Source: the human T2T-CHM13v2.0 reference genome, Homo sapiens. From it: 64,000 bases of DNA. The position numbers were made by a program, and so were the translations under genes. A model generated the notes under the pieces. That model had not been told where the DNA came from and did no database searches. It worked only from the letters and a program-made list of their open reading frames with translations. The stretch lies in the NCBI RefSeq assembly GCF_009914755.1, contig NC_060931.1. One strand, 5' to 3'. Of this stretch, positions 31,601 to 50,789 are shown piece after piece (the first letter of the stretch is position 1; each line of letters opens with the position of its first letter).

Positions 31601-33701
31601 CAATGTCTATAAGAACTGAAGGTCATGAGCAATGCAACTAGGGTGTGATAGGGAAGTGGATTACATGCTTGCTGGCCCAGGTTGAGAAGCTAGTGCAACT
31701 TCCCCCTCACCACCCCTTCCCCAAGAGACCTCAGTGCAGTCCAAAAGGATCTCCCCAGTCAGGAAAGTTGCCTCTATTCATTATCAGACTACTCAAGGGT
31801 GAGCTGGTTCTTATTCTTAAGTGCCACCTACTGGAATGGCAACCAAATAGCACCACCAAATAAAAAACCTGCTGTCAAAAGGTCATAGCACTAGTGTACA
31901 AGATAAGCTTCCTGAGACCTCAGCACTCTCAGCCCTGCAGGAGACAGTGTGTTGACTCATACACCCAATACATTGTTACAACAAGCAGCATTTGAGAAAG
32001 CCACCACACAAAAGCTATCCACAACCAAGGAACTCATACAGAGCCTTGGCCCCCTGAAAACACCTGGAAATGAAGCCAAATGATCATACGCAACATACAC
32101 CACAGTCATACCCTCAAGTGAAACAAGACGAAAAAATCAAAAAGTCCCATCCAAATGATGGAAAATTAAAAAATAAGCAGCAACACCTCCTTCAGATGAG
32201 AAAGAATCAGTGCAAGAATTCCAGCAATACAAAAAGACCGTGTTTTAACTCCTCCACAGGATCACACCAGCTCCCTAGCAATAGATTCTAACCAAGATGA
32301 AAATTCCACAATGAGAAAAAAAGAACTCAAAACATGAATTTCAAGGATGCTCAATGACATCTAAGAGAAAGTTGAAAACCAATAAAAAGAAACCAGAAAA
32401 TCAATTCAAGATATGAAACATGAGATCACTATATTAAAAAAAAACAAATAGAACTTGAATTTGAAAATTCACTAATGGAATTTCAAAATGCAATCGAAAG
32501 CTTTGAAAATTGACTACAGCAAGCAGAAGAAAGAATTTTAGAGGTTGAAGACTAATTAGACAAAAATAAAGAAGAAAGAATTTTTTAAGAAATATGGGAT
32601 TATGTAAATCAACCAAGCCTATGACTTTTAGGCATTCCTGAGAGAAGAAGAAAAAGTAAGCAACTTAAAAAACATGTCTGAGGGAATAATTCAGGAAAAC
32701 TTCCCTAATCTTGCCAGAGAGGTAGACATCCAGATACAAGAAATTCAGAGAACAGCTACAAGACACTATACCAGATGAACATCACCAAGGGATATAGTCA
32801 TCAGACTATCTAAGATCAATGCTAAAGAAAAAAAATCTTAAAGGCAGCTAGATAAAAGGGTCAAATCACCTGTAAAGGAAATCCCATCAGACTAACAGCA
32901 GACTTCTCAACAGAAACCTTACAAGCAATAAGAGATTGGTGGTATATTTTTACCCTTTCTAAAGAAAAAAAAAATCTAGCCAAGAATGTTACATCCTGCC
33001 CAATGTAGCTTCATAAACAAAAGAGAAATAAAGTCTTTTTCCTAGACAAGCAGACAATAAGGGAATTTGACACCACTAGGCCGACCCTATAAGAAGTGCT
33101 CAAAGGAGTTCTAAACATGGAAACAAAAGGACAACAGTTGCTACCATAAAAGCACAAGTAAGTATAAAGTTCAAAGATCGTATAAAGCAATCACACAATT
33201 GGGAATACAAAGGAACTAGCTAACAACACTATGATAGGAACAAAAGCTCACATATAAATATTAACCTTGAATATAAATGGTCTAAATGTTCCACTTAAAA
33301 GAGACGGATTTGCAAATAGGATAAAAAAAATAAGACTCAACCATCTGCTGCCTTCAAGAGACTTACCTAATGTGCAATGACACAGGCTCCAAGTAAAGGG
33401 GTAAAAAAAGATATGCAAATGGAAAACAAAAAAGAGCAGGGGCTGCTATTCTAATATAAGTCTGTTTTATCTAAAACAGACTTCAATTACAGTGAAAAAG
33501 ACAAAGAAGAACATTATATAAAGGGTTCAATTCAACAAAAAGATTTAACAATTCTAAATGTATACACATTCAACACCAGAGTACACAGATTTATAAAACA
33601 AATACTACTAGACCTAAGTAAAGAGATAGTCATACAATAATAGTGGGAGACTTCAACACCCCACTGACAGTACTAGACAGATTATCAAGGCAGAAAATTA
33701 A

Positions 33702-34025
<324 letters not shown>

Positions 34026-34474
34026 TAACAAAGAAACTCTGGACTTAAATTGGAATATTCTGGACCTAATAGAAATCTAAAGAACACTTCACCCAACAAT
34101 CACAGAATATAAATTTTTCTCATCTGCACAGGGTCATTCTCTAAAATTGACCATATGCTTGGTCATAAAGCAAGTCTCAATACATTCAAAAAAAAAAAAA
34201 CTGAAATCATATCAAGCATATTCTCAGCCACAGTGGAATACAACTAGAAATCGATACCAAGAGGAACTCTTGAAATCACACAAGTACATGGAAACTAAAC
34301 AATTTGCTCCTGGGTGACTTTTGGGTAAACAACTAAATTAAGGCAGAAATCCACAAAATTTTTGAAACAAATGAAAATAGAAACATAACATACCAGAACC
34401 TCTGGGATACAGCAAAAGCAGTATTAAGAGGAAAGTTTACAGCCTAAATGCCTAAAAAAAAAAAAATAGAAAGA

Positions 34475-34612
34475 CTAGGCACAGTGGCTCATGCCTGTAA
34501 TCCCAACATTTTGGGAGGCCAAGTCCAGGAGTTTGAGACCATCCTGGGCAACAAAGCAAGACCCCATCTCCACAAAAAAAAAAATAAAGAAAGAAAAGAA
34601 AAGAAAAAAGAA
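34475..34612 (+). mobile_element. FLAM-type Alu monomer with internal deletion, nested in L1
   Basis: ctaggcacagtggctcatgcctgtaatccc... followed by an A-rich tail; the L1 resumes at gatctcaaact. Confidence 0.8.
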
Positions 34613-37349
34613 AAGATCTCAAACTAACAACCTCGTATCACACCTTAAGGAACTACAAAAACAAGAATAAACCAAACCCAAAGCTATCAAAAGAAAAGAA
34701 ATAACAAAGATCAGAGCAGAACTAAATGAAATTGAGACCAAAAAAAAAAAAAAAACACACACATATACAAAAGACCAACAAAACAAAAGCTTGGTTCTTT
34801 GAATGGATAAACAAAATTAATAGGCCACTAGCTAGATTAACCAAGAAAAAAAGAGAGAACATTCAAATAAGCACAATCAGAAATGATAAAGGTGACATTA
34901 CAACTGATACCACAGAAATGCAAAAGATCCTCAGAGACGTCTAGGAACATATCTATGCACACAAACTAGAAAACCTAAAAGAAATGAATAAATTCCTAGA
35001 AACACATAATCTCACAAGATTAAGCCAGAAAGAAATTGAAATCCTGAACAGACGAGTTACAAGTTATGAAATCAAATCAGTAATAAAAAATCTACCAAAC
35101 AAAAAAAGCCCAGAACCAGACAGACTCATGGACAAATTCTACCAGACATACAAAGAAGAGCTTACTGAAACTATTCCAAAAAATCAAGGAGGAAGAATTC
35201 CTCCCTAACTTGTTCTACTAAATCAGTATCATCCTTATACCAAAACCTGACAAGGACACAACAGTAACAACAAACTATAGGCTGATAGTCCTGATGAACA
35301 TAGATGCAAAAATCCTCAACAAAATACTAGCAAACCAAATTCAGCAGCACATCAAAAAGATAATTAATCATGATCAAGTGGGTTTTATTCCAGAGATGCA
35401 AGGATGGTTCATCATACACAAATCAATCAATGTATTTCAACACATAAACAGAAATAAAAACAAAAACCACATGATCGTCTCAAGACACAGAAAAAGCATT
35501 TGATAAAATCCAACATCTCTTCATGATAAAAACCCTCAACAAACTACGCATTGAAGGAACATACCTCAAAATAATAAGATATATGAAAAACCCACAGCCA
35601 ACATTATACTGAATGAGGAAAAACTGAAAGCATTTCCCCTGAGAAGTGGAACAGAACAAGGATATCCATTCTCATCACTCCTACTAAACAGAGTACTAGA
35701 ACTCCTGGCCACAGCAATCAAGCAAGAGAAAGAAATAAAAGATATCCAAATTGGAAAAGAGGCAGTCAAACTATTTTTGTTGGCTGATGACATGATCTCA
35801 TACCCAGAAAATCTGAAAGATTTCTTCAAAAGACTCCTAGACCTGATAAACAACTTCAGTAAAGTTTCAGGATGTAAGATAAGTGCATAAAAATCCATTC
35901 CTATACACTACAGTAGTGTATACATTCCTATACACTATAGTGCATTCCTATACACTATAACTCTCAAGCTTAGACCCAAATCAGGAACTCAATCCCATTT
36001 CTAATAGCACCAAAAAAAAAAAAAAAACCCTAGACATATATTTACCAAAGGAGGTGAAACACCTCTACAATGAGAACTATAAAACACTGATGAAAGAAAT
36101 CACAGATGAAACAAACAAATGGAAAAACATCCCAATTCTTATGGATTGGAATAATCAGTATCAATAAAATGCCTTCCCAAAGCAATCTACAGATTCAATG
36201 CAATTCCTATCAAATTACCAACAACATTTTTCATGGAGTTAGAATAAATAATTCTAAAATTCATGTGGCCCCAAAAGAGATCCCAAGCCAAAGCAATCTT
36301 AAGCAAAAAGAACAAAGCTGTAGGCATTACATTACCTGACTTCAAACTATACTACAAGCTATAGTAACCAAAACAGCATGGTACTGGTACAAAAACAGAC
36401 ACATAGACCAATGGAATAGACTAGAGAACACAGAAATAAGCCTACAACCAACTGATCTTCAAAACAGCTGACAAAAATAAACAATGCGGAAAGGACACCC
36501 CGTTCAATAAATGGTGCTGGGAAAACTAGCTTGTCATAGGCAGAAGAATCAAACTGAACCCCCATCTCTCACCATATACAAAAATTAACTCAAAATATAT
36601 TAAAGACTTAAATGTAAGATGTGAAACTATAAAAATCTAGAAGGAAATCTAGGAAAAACTCTTCTAAACATTGGCCTAGGCAAAGAATCTATGACTAAGG
36701 TCTCAAACGCAAATACAACAGAAACAAATATAGACAAATGAGACCTAATTGAACTAAAGAGATTCTGCACAGCAAAAGAAACTATCAACAGAGAAAACAA
36801 GTAACCTACAGAATGGCAGAAAATATTCACAAACTATGCATCTGACAAAGGACAAATACCCATAATCTGTAAGGAGCAAATCAACAAGAAAAAAATAATC
36901 CCATTAAAAGGGGGGTTAAAAGGACATGAACAGACACTTCTCAAAGAGGATATATAAGTAACCAATAAATATATGAAAAAAAAGGCTCACCATCACTAAT
37001 CATCAGAGAAACACAAATTAAAACCACAATTAGATATTATCTCAAATCTGTCAGAATGGCAATTATTAAAAAATCAAAAAAAAAGGAGATATCGGCAAGG
37101 ATGCACAGAAAAGGGAATGCATACACACCACTGGTGGGAATGTCAATTAGTTCAACTCCTATGAAGACAGTATGGAGATTTCTCAAAGAACTAAAAACAG
37201 AACTACCATACTGGAGCTGGAAGCCATTACCCTAAGTGAAATAACTCTGTGGTCTATCAATTTTGCTTATCCAAAACAAAGAACCAAATGTTTGTTTTCT
37301 TGATCCTTTGTATGGTTTTTTTTGGGGGGTCTCAATTTCATTTATACAC

Positions 37350-39180
<1,831 letters not shown>

Positions 39181-39887
39181 ATCAAATGCAGCAGAAAGTG
39201 CCTCAAAAAAAGACTGAAATTTGCCCAGTGCAAAGAAAAAATTTATCAATGTTGGTTTCCGTTTGAGCCACATGGCCTTTGAGGACCAGAATAGCTCTAA
39301 GGAAAAGACTGCCCCTTATTTGTGAAGATACTTCACTGAGCATTTTTGGCTATTTTGGGCTATTGTGGAGATGCTCTAGGCATAATTTAGATGGGAAGTT
39401 ATTTAGGCAATGATGATTTTAAATGTTCAAGATCAACTAACAAATAAGAGGAATTTTGGCATTGTCCTCTGGTGCCTTGAAGAGCGGTGAAAGACAGAAG
39501 AAAAGAAACGAAATCAGAGTCTAAAAGTCTAGATGGGCCACATGACAGCAAGCTAAAGCCTATGAAGAGGCAGACAGTGAAAAATTCCCTGTAACAGGGA
39601 AATAACTAGGCAACAGCTCACTAGGTGATTGTAATGATCTGACTGATCACATTTTAGAACCACTGTTTCAAATAGTTCCTGAGCAGACTTTCAGATGTAA
39701 AGGACATATGTAAACTGAGCACAAAAATTTCAGGGCTGCTTTATTAATAGAATATAGAAATCTCAGGGCTACCAAGGACCTAAAAAAAAAAAATCTGTCA
39801 TCTGCATGTGGTTATCAAGCATCAACATGGTCCTATTGTGCCCAAACTCAAGCAATAGAGAAGCTATATTAACAGATCATGTTGTCC

Positions 39888-40100
39888 AAAGCTGTGCTTT
39901 CCAATACAGTAGTCACTAGCCATATGTGGTTATTTAAATTTTAATTCTAACTAATTGAGGTTTCTTTTTTCATTAAAATTCAGTTCCTCATTAACCACAT
40001 TTCAAGTACTCAATAACCACATGAGGCTAATGGCTATCTACTGGATAGAACAGAGAGAAATTTTCATCACTGCAGAAAGTTCTGTTGGGCAGCACTAGTC
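39888..40100. mobile_element. MER3-like hAT relic
   Basis: Termini ctgtgctttccaata...tgttgggcagcactag. Confidence 0.7.
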
Positions 40101-40629
40101 TAAAACATAGCATTGCCACTAAGCTGTTGATCTAATTTTGCCAACCTTTATTATTAATTTATTGTTAATTACTATTGATAAACCCCTTTAGAATTTGGAT
40201 TAATAATTAGGATCCAGCAGTGAATAAATGCATTATGCTAAACACTTAGTACATGTAGCATAGATATAAGCCTTATATTCAAAATTCTTATCCTTGGACA
40301 TCAAAAACATGATCGACATAGGTATCCAAATAAGTACAGCAGATGGGTGCTATACAGCAAACCAAAGAGTAGTTATTCCATATACACTACATGAAACAAT
40401 TTGAGGGAAGGTTTGAAGATTTAAAAACACACACACACACACAAAAGCACTATATTAGAATTGGAGGTGGGGAAAAGCACAAGAAAATAGCTCAAGTCGG
40501 GGGTGGAAGCAAGAAAAACAGGTTTCGGTTTAGGGAAACAGAAACAAAAATCAAAAAAAGTTTAAGGAAGGTGGTAGATGGGAGGCAGCTGGTGGAGAGC
40601 TTGCATTTCATCACAAGGGAACAGTGAAA

Positions 40630-42990
<2,361 letters not shown>

Positions 42991-43029
42991 TTAGAAGTGA
43001 AAAGGTTAGAGGCAAAAGAAAAGAATCCA

Positions 43030-44030
<1,001 letters not shown>

Positions 44031-44033
44031 TAG

Positions 44034-44373
44034 TTATACCATGGAATACTATGCAGCCATAAAAAGGAACAAGATCATGTCCTTTGCAGGGACATAGATG
44101 GAGCTGGAAGCCATTATCCTCAGCAAACTGACACAGGAACAGAAAACCAAACACCACATGTTCTCACTTATAAGTGGGAGCTGAACAGTGGGAACACATG
44201 GACACAGGGAGTGGAACAACACACAATGGAGCATGCTGCAGCAGGGGTTGGGGGAGGAAGAGCATCAGAATAAATAGCTAATGCATGTGGGGCTTAATAC
44301 CTAGGTGATGGGTTGATAGGTGCAGCAAACCACCATGGCACACATTTGCCTATGTAACAAACCTGCACGTCCT
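44034..44373 (+). mobile_element. L1PA 3' fragment (end of ORF2 and 3'UTR, no poly(A))
   Basis: ccatggaatactatgcagcc...aacaaacctgcacgtcct. Confidence 0.85.
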
Positions 44374-46029
44374 ATCAGTCTTTGATAACCTTTCCAGGAA
44401 GTTCCATTATGCTACATGGAAAGAAAATGGGATTCTCTGGACAAGCTCTGAGCTCTATTAATTCTCTATGGTGACCTCCTGAGCCCAAAGAGGCCTCCTG
44501 GAATGCCAGTCTTTTCCCTATAGGTCTCAAACAGCACATCCCTTAACCACAGCGGTCCAGGCTTGCCAAGTCTCCAATTTACATAAAGACAAGTCATAAA
44601 TGATATGTGATGTGGAAGAATGCTTATCATATATTTATAAAAACAGGTTTAAAATAGTTATTACATAAGAATCCAGTGTCAAGCACAATAGTGCATAGTC
44701 AGTGCTCAACAAATATGTGTTCAATAATTTAATTAATTTTAGCCAGAAAATGGGTATTTATTTTCTACACAAAACATACATGCATGGGGAAAAAAAACTA
44801 GAAAGTTATATTAAATAATATTAACAAGTACTATCTCAGGGTTATTGGAATTATAAGTACTTTTTGTGTGTGCGCTCTTCTGTGTTTTCCAATGTTGGGT
44901 AATTACATGACTATTTTGCAATCAGGAAAAAAATATTATTTTTATAAACAAACCAACAAACTATCAAAGCTACTACTGAGCTCTTCCATGCTCCCAACAG
45001 CATCAATGTTGGCAGTAACTCAGAATGTGGTCTTTATATAAATAGCAGTTTGACTGGGAAAGGAGGAGAGGGTGTACTTAGGTTCTCTGAAGGTCCTAGT
45101 TGACCAAGCCATTGCCAAGGTGTCACCCTTGCTCACGGACTCTAGGGAAGAAAATATAGGAGCACAAGGCAAAACTTACCTAAAGAAGTATTAACTTCAC
45201 CCTAGGGGATTGGGAGAGGGAGAGAATTTCTCTATCTGATGACAGATCTGTTCCAGAGTCTGCTGTCAAATCTTCAGATGTCAGGTAGAATTTGAACCAG
45301 AATTCAACTTGATTAGGGCATGATGCAGACAATAAAGACATAACATCATTTAACTCCAGAGACTTCAACCTCTTTTGTAGCCACCATAACATCTAGGGCA
45401 TGCTTTGTACATATGGTGCTTTATACCGCATTTATTTTACTTTTTTCGAATTCTACCATTTTCCCTCACATATCAATCCTCAGATCTAGAACTATTTACC
45501 AAATCACAGTTAAGTGGGCAAGGTCATTAAAGCAGCTATTAGATGCCATGGGAGACCCAAGAGCACATGCATTTGTTTGCAACTTTTTCTAAATGATGGA
45601 GAAATCAAGGATAGTTTATAATGTGCATATAACATTTAGTCTCACAACAAAATCTGATTCCCTCACTTCAGATGTCACAATTAGGATCTCTATTTAAAAA
45701 AACTCCTAAACCCCCAAAAAGATGAAAATTTAAGATCAGTTGCAATCATGTGGAGAACATACCACTTTATGTTGGGTTTTGTGTACAAATACACAACAAA
45801 TACCACCACAGAAGTTGACAGGTGAAAATTAAGTAAGAACAGAAGATTTGGCAGTAGTAACTGAATAAGTATAAAGACATTGCTGTATATTTTTAAGCAT
45901 TAACATTGTGTAACAAACAAGGTGTTAAACTTAGATGAAAATGAAAAAAGCACCCTAATGTAATTTCAGAACTAAGACAATGAAAAATGAAAAAGTGGTA
46001 CTTGAAAAAGAAAGAAAGAGAGAGAGAGA

Positions 46030-46101
46030 GGAAGGAAGGAAGGAAGGAAGGAAGGAAGGAAGGAAGGAAGGAAGGAAGAAAGGAAGGAAGGAAGGAAGGA
46101 A
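46030..46101 (+). repeat. (GGAA)12-GAAA-(GGAA)5 microsatellite within a purine tract
   Basis: Counted directly. Confidence 0.95.
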
Positions 46102-46708
46102 GGGAGAGAGAAAAGAAAAAGAATAACCATTAAAAGAAAACAGTTTCAGACATTAAACTAACAGGGAAATATATATATGCAAAAGTATCTGTTTATTTTC
46201 TTACAGCTTAAGGCTGACAACCTACAGAAAAAATGGCACAGTGCCGACCTCTTTTGGCATTTAAAGGACGCTTAATTTAGTTTGGATTATCAGCCAGATT
46301 TAGAGCTAATTGGCTTTAGAAACTGTACAGCAAAACCTCTATCTAGTTCCCCCTACAGTTCATGAAGTTCTACACACAAGTAAACACAGATTAAGACCTA
46401 ATTTTAATCTTTTTAATCAGTTATATATAATTTATATACTTGTTATCACAAAGTTAAACTTTAATTCTGTGAATAATTTATCACATTCAGCTAAAACAGT
46501 AAGCTATAGCCAGCTGTATTGTACTTATATGAATTGCAAACATAAAGCTTCATTCAGAAGGGCTTCTGAAGTAGCTGTGCAGGTCAGAGAGAGAAATTCA
46601 AACATACAGAGTGGGATAATGCTGATCTAACTGCACTAATTTTGTCATAGACACTTTAGTTGATATTTAGGGTACAACATGACAATCAGTTCTCCCTAAC
46701 TGCAGTAA

Positions 46709-46747
<39 letters not shown>

Positions 46748-46919
46748 TTGCCTCTAACTTGGGTGGTTGCAGCCTACTTTCCTTGGAAAAGGAGGCTATA
46801 TGTAGCTGTATGACAGCGTAAACCCAATCCATTAACTAATTAAATAAACCAGTGCTTAACAGGGCATGGGACTTCATAAGAGCCTTTGTTTTCTTGTGAC
46901 GAAAAGGTCAAAATCTAGG

Positions 46920-47057
46920 TTTTTTTTTTTTCTTCTTTAAGAGATGGTGGCTTCCTATGTTGCCCAGGATGGACTCAAACTCCTGGGCTCAAGGAATCCT
47001 CTCATCTCAGGCTCCCGAGTAGCTAGGAATACAGACACGAGCCACCATGTCTAGCTG
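46920..47057 (-). mobile_element. Alu monomer/fragment
   Basis: Poly(T), then tgttgcccaggatggactcaaactcctgggctcaag. Confidence 0.75.
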
Positions 47058-47514
47058 GAAGTTAGACTTTATCTGCATTCCTGGAATAGTAAAAGCAAAG
47101 CACGGGTCAGCTGCTTTCGGTAAATTCTAGCCCATAGGTCCAAGTCAAGTTCCAGGAAGCCCCCTATGAAAAAGATTCTGATATTAGTACCAGTGTTTAG
47201 TTCATGTCATGGCCTGACTTAAGTATAGGTCATTAAGTGTAATGCCAAGGCAGGGGCTTGAGTGGTTTGGAGCTCATGACTGTTCCACTTGGAATTTATC
47301 CTGGTGTATGAATACGAATCTATCAATATTTTTTTTCAGGTGGCTTCCCAGTTCTCCCAACACTTTTACTGAAAAGATACTGTCTAACTATTTATGTCAA
47401 TATAGAAACATAAAGTCAAATATATTTGTTTAGTAGACTTGAAGAGAGCCTAGAAACACACTCAGAGACATGTAAACAGCATCAGACGAAGATGGCATTT
47501 CAAATCAGAGTTGA

Positions 47515-48015
47515 ATGGATTTTTCAGCTTTGCTGAGGTATAACTGAAGTGTACTAAACTGCACATATTTAAAACATATAATTTGATACATTTTGACTCA
47601 CAAAACAATCACCACAATCAAGATGATGAATATATAGATCACTCCCAAAAGTTTCCCTGTAGTCTTTTGCAGTCCTTTCTTCATGGCCTTCTTCATCCAT
47701 CCACCCCATCTCGGTAACCAATGATCTGCTTTCTGTCACCACAAATTAGTGAGCACTGTCTAGAATTTTATGTAAACTGAATAATAAAGATTTTACTCTT
47801 TCGCTTCTTTCATTCAGCATATTTTGAGATTTGCTCATGTAGTTGCATGTATCAATATTTCATTATTTCATATTGGTGAGTAATATTCCACTGCCTGAAT
47901 ATATCACAATGTACTTTTCAATTCCATGTTGTTCCAATGTCCATTGGGTTACTTCCAGTTTTTGGTTATTCCAAGTAAAGCTGTTTGAACAAGTACAATT
48001 ATTTGAATAGACATA
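47515..48015 (-). mobile_element. L1M 3' fragment
   Basis: tgaggtataactga...tgggttacttccagtttttggttatt. Confidence 0.7.
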
Positions 48016-48346
48016 AAGCATGGCAATGTTAATTTCAATGTAGAATTCAAACCAAAATGTATTAACTACAATAAGAGAGAGCTTTATATTGCTGTCTACC
48101 AAAAAGATACAGGTCAATAGCTTTCATATAAGCCTTTACAACAACTTTCCATTGTTGTAAAAGATCTATTCTGAACAAAACACCAGGCCCAGATAATTTC
48201 AAAGTTGTGCCAAACTTTAAAGAAATGATCATTTCCAGTTTTCAAACAGTTTCAAAACATAGGGAAAAAATAGTAAGCTTCCAAATTATCTTGAGGCTAG
48301 CACAGCCCCGATCCAAAAACCTGACAAAGTGGCAACCTCCTTCCCC

Positions 48347-48380
<34 letters not shown>

Positions 48381-50070
48381 ATGTACCAAAACTTTCATAA
48401 TAAAAGGTAGGAAGGATCTGTAGACCAATCTCCCTTGTGAATACTAATGAAAATCTAAGTAAAATATTAGTAAATTGAATAGGGCATAGGTTTTAAGTAA
48501 AAACAAAAAGTGATATGCAGAAATCCACTGATGTCATTCATTAAATGATTAAGAGATTACTTTTAAAGGATTTTTTTTCAAAAACCATCTTTCATCCCTG
48601 ATTTAAATAAATAAACCCCTTTGTGAACTAAGAATAAAAGGATATCTCTTCAACCTCATGATAAATAGGTTAGCTGAGACTTTGTTTCTTTGTATTGTTC
48701 AAAGACTTTTACAATGATTATTACCACAGAATAAATTCATTTCCAAGGTAAACTTTTAAAAGAAAGAGAATTATGGTGGGCAGAATTTGAAGGTACCTTG
48801 AGAGCTGGTGAAAGTGGCACTGGGATATTCAAAATGGAAATGAAAGAATTAGCATATCATCATACTAAAATTGTTCATAATTAACATAAAGCAATTCATG
48901 TACAAAAGTTCATTAATCTTCACATAATATTTCTATTAAGGACAAATAAATCCCAAATACTGATCAGAAAAATAGTGAAACTGAGACAGAAAATGAAATT
49001 CCATCAGTGTATCTTCTATTTCTTCCCAAAATCTAATAATAATACAGTCCTGCTATTCTAGCTCGCTTGTGCCAAACTTTTCCTGAACTGTATAACAATG
49101 GACTATTACCAAAGTTTGTGGCTAGGGTTCTGCCATCAACAGTTCTCTACTGGATCTCCACTAGATGGTAGCAAGTAAGGAGGCATTACAGACTAACAAG
49201 GAAGGAGCCAGTAGTCAGGGTTTTGTTTTGTTTTTTTACAGGAAAGCTATATTGTTGGATCTTTAGCCATAGACCATGTACCTACCCAGCCTTAGAAATT
49301 ATTTAAGGGGAGAAATTACTAGTTTAATAACCCAATAAACCCATCTATAAATATTCACTTTTTAAATTCCTTCCTGCTAAATTCATCTGGAAGAAACTCA
49401 TTTTTTTTCTTTTTAATCTGTGATATTATCCAAATTCTTGCAGTTATTTGAAAGTGCTCAAATTTATGGCAATAATTTAGAATGGTTTCCATTAAAAATG
49501 AAGTTTTACAGATCCATCTGACATTTGGAGAACGGCAAAATGCAGCACTCTTAATATTTATATTTTCTAGACCAAAATTTTAAGTTATAAAATATACCAA
49601 CGATTAAAACATGGTGGTATGCATTAACACTACGGAATACTGAAATAATCTAGGTAGGATTTTCAAAAAATTGCTAATGTACTAAAATTTACTCACTCTG
49701 ACCAATGGTGACAAATTATGGTTTATCCAAAGAACAGAATTTCATGCAGCCATTAAAAAATCATGTTATAGGTAAATACTTGATTTTGTAATTAGTTACT
49801 AAAGAATACTTAGTATGTTCAGGATCTATTACACTAAAAAAATTATAAAATAGTTTGGTTTCAAACATATATGCCACTCATCTACTCATATTACATGCAC
49901 GTATGGATATGTCTACCAACAAAAACAATAGGAAGAGTCACCAAAATGTTAATGATCTCTGAGAGATAAGATTATAGTTATTTTCTTTTGGGGGGTTTAT
50001 TTTCTATCTTTTCCCATCATAAACATGGATTTTTTCACTCATGACAAAATATTACTGAAGATTTCTATAA

Positions 50071-50373
50071 TTTATTTTTTGAGACAGGGTCTCACCCTTG
50101 CCCATGCTGGAGTTCAGTGGCACAGTTGTAGCTCACTGCAATCTCAAACTTCTGAGCTCAAGGGATCCTTCCACCTCAGCCTCTGAATAGCTAGGACTAG
50201 AGGTGCGCACCACTATGGCTGGCCTTTTTTTTTTTTTTTTTTCCCTACTAGCAATGATATCTTGCTAGTATTACCCAGGCTGGTCTTGAACTCCTGGGCT
50301 CAAGCAATCCTCCCACCTCGGCCTCCCAAATTGCTGGGATTACAGGCGTGAGCTGGGATTACATGGCTGGCCA
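50071..50373 (-). mobile_element. AluJ-type SINE, TSD atttctataatt
   Basis: Antisense dimer with a long T linker at ~50225-50242. Confidence 0.88.
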
Positions 50374-50789
50374 ATATTTCTATAATTCTATCTTTAAAAA
50401 AAAAGAATTGACTCTCCCTTGATCAGACTCAAACCTTAAAGTATGACATGTTAATTTTGCCTGACAGGCATTATCTGTTTGTTTCTCCAAAGTTTTCCTT
50501 CCCCCATCCCCTACTGCCCAATGATCAAGTGCTGTACTGTACTTCAGTGCAACCCACATTCTCTCTGGCCACTTGCAACTATCGTTGCTATACCATTTCT
50601 CATCAGCCCAGCTACAATCCTATGATCTGCTGATGTCAATAAACTATTATCTCTTCTACCCACCTCCTTCAAGTCCCTTATGAGCTTGTTAGATTCCAAA
50701 ACAATACCTCAGAAAACACTCGCGTACAATTCAGAAGACTTAAGAAATCAATACTTTAAGCCATAACAGTAAAATGTATTCCCAATACT

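Noticed and set aside
35896-35960. CRISPR-like repeat-spacer pattern
   Set aside because: Only three 15-bp units with 5-12 nt self-derived fillers inside a human L1; no cas genes.
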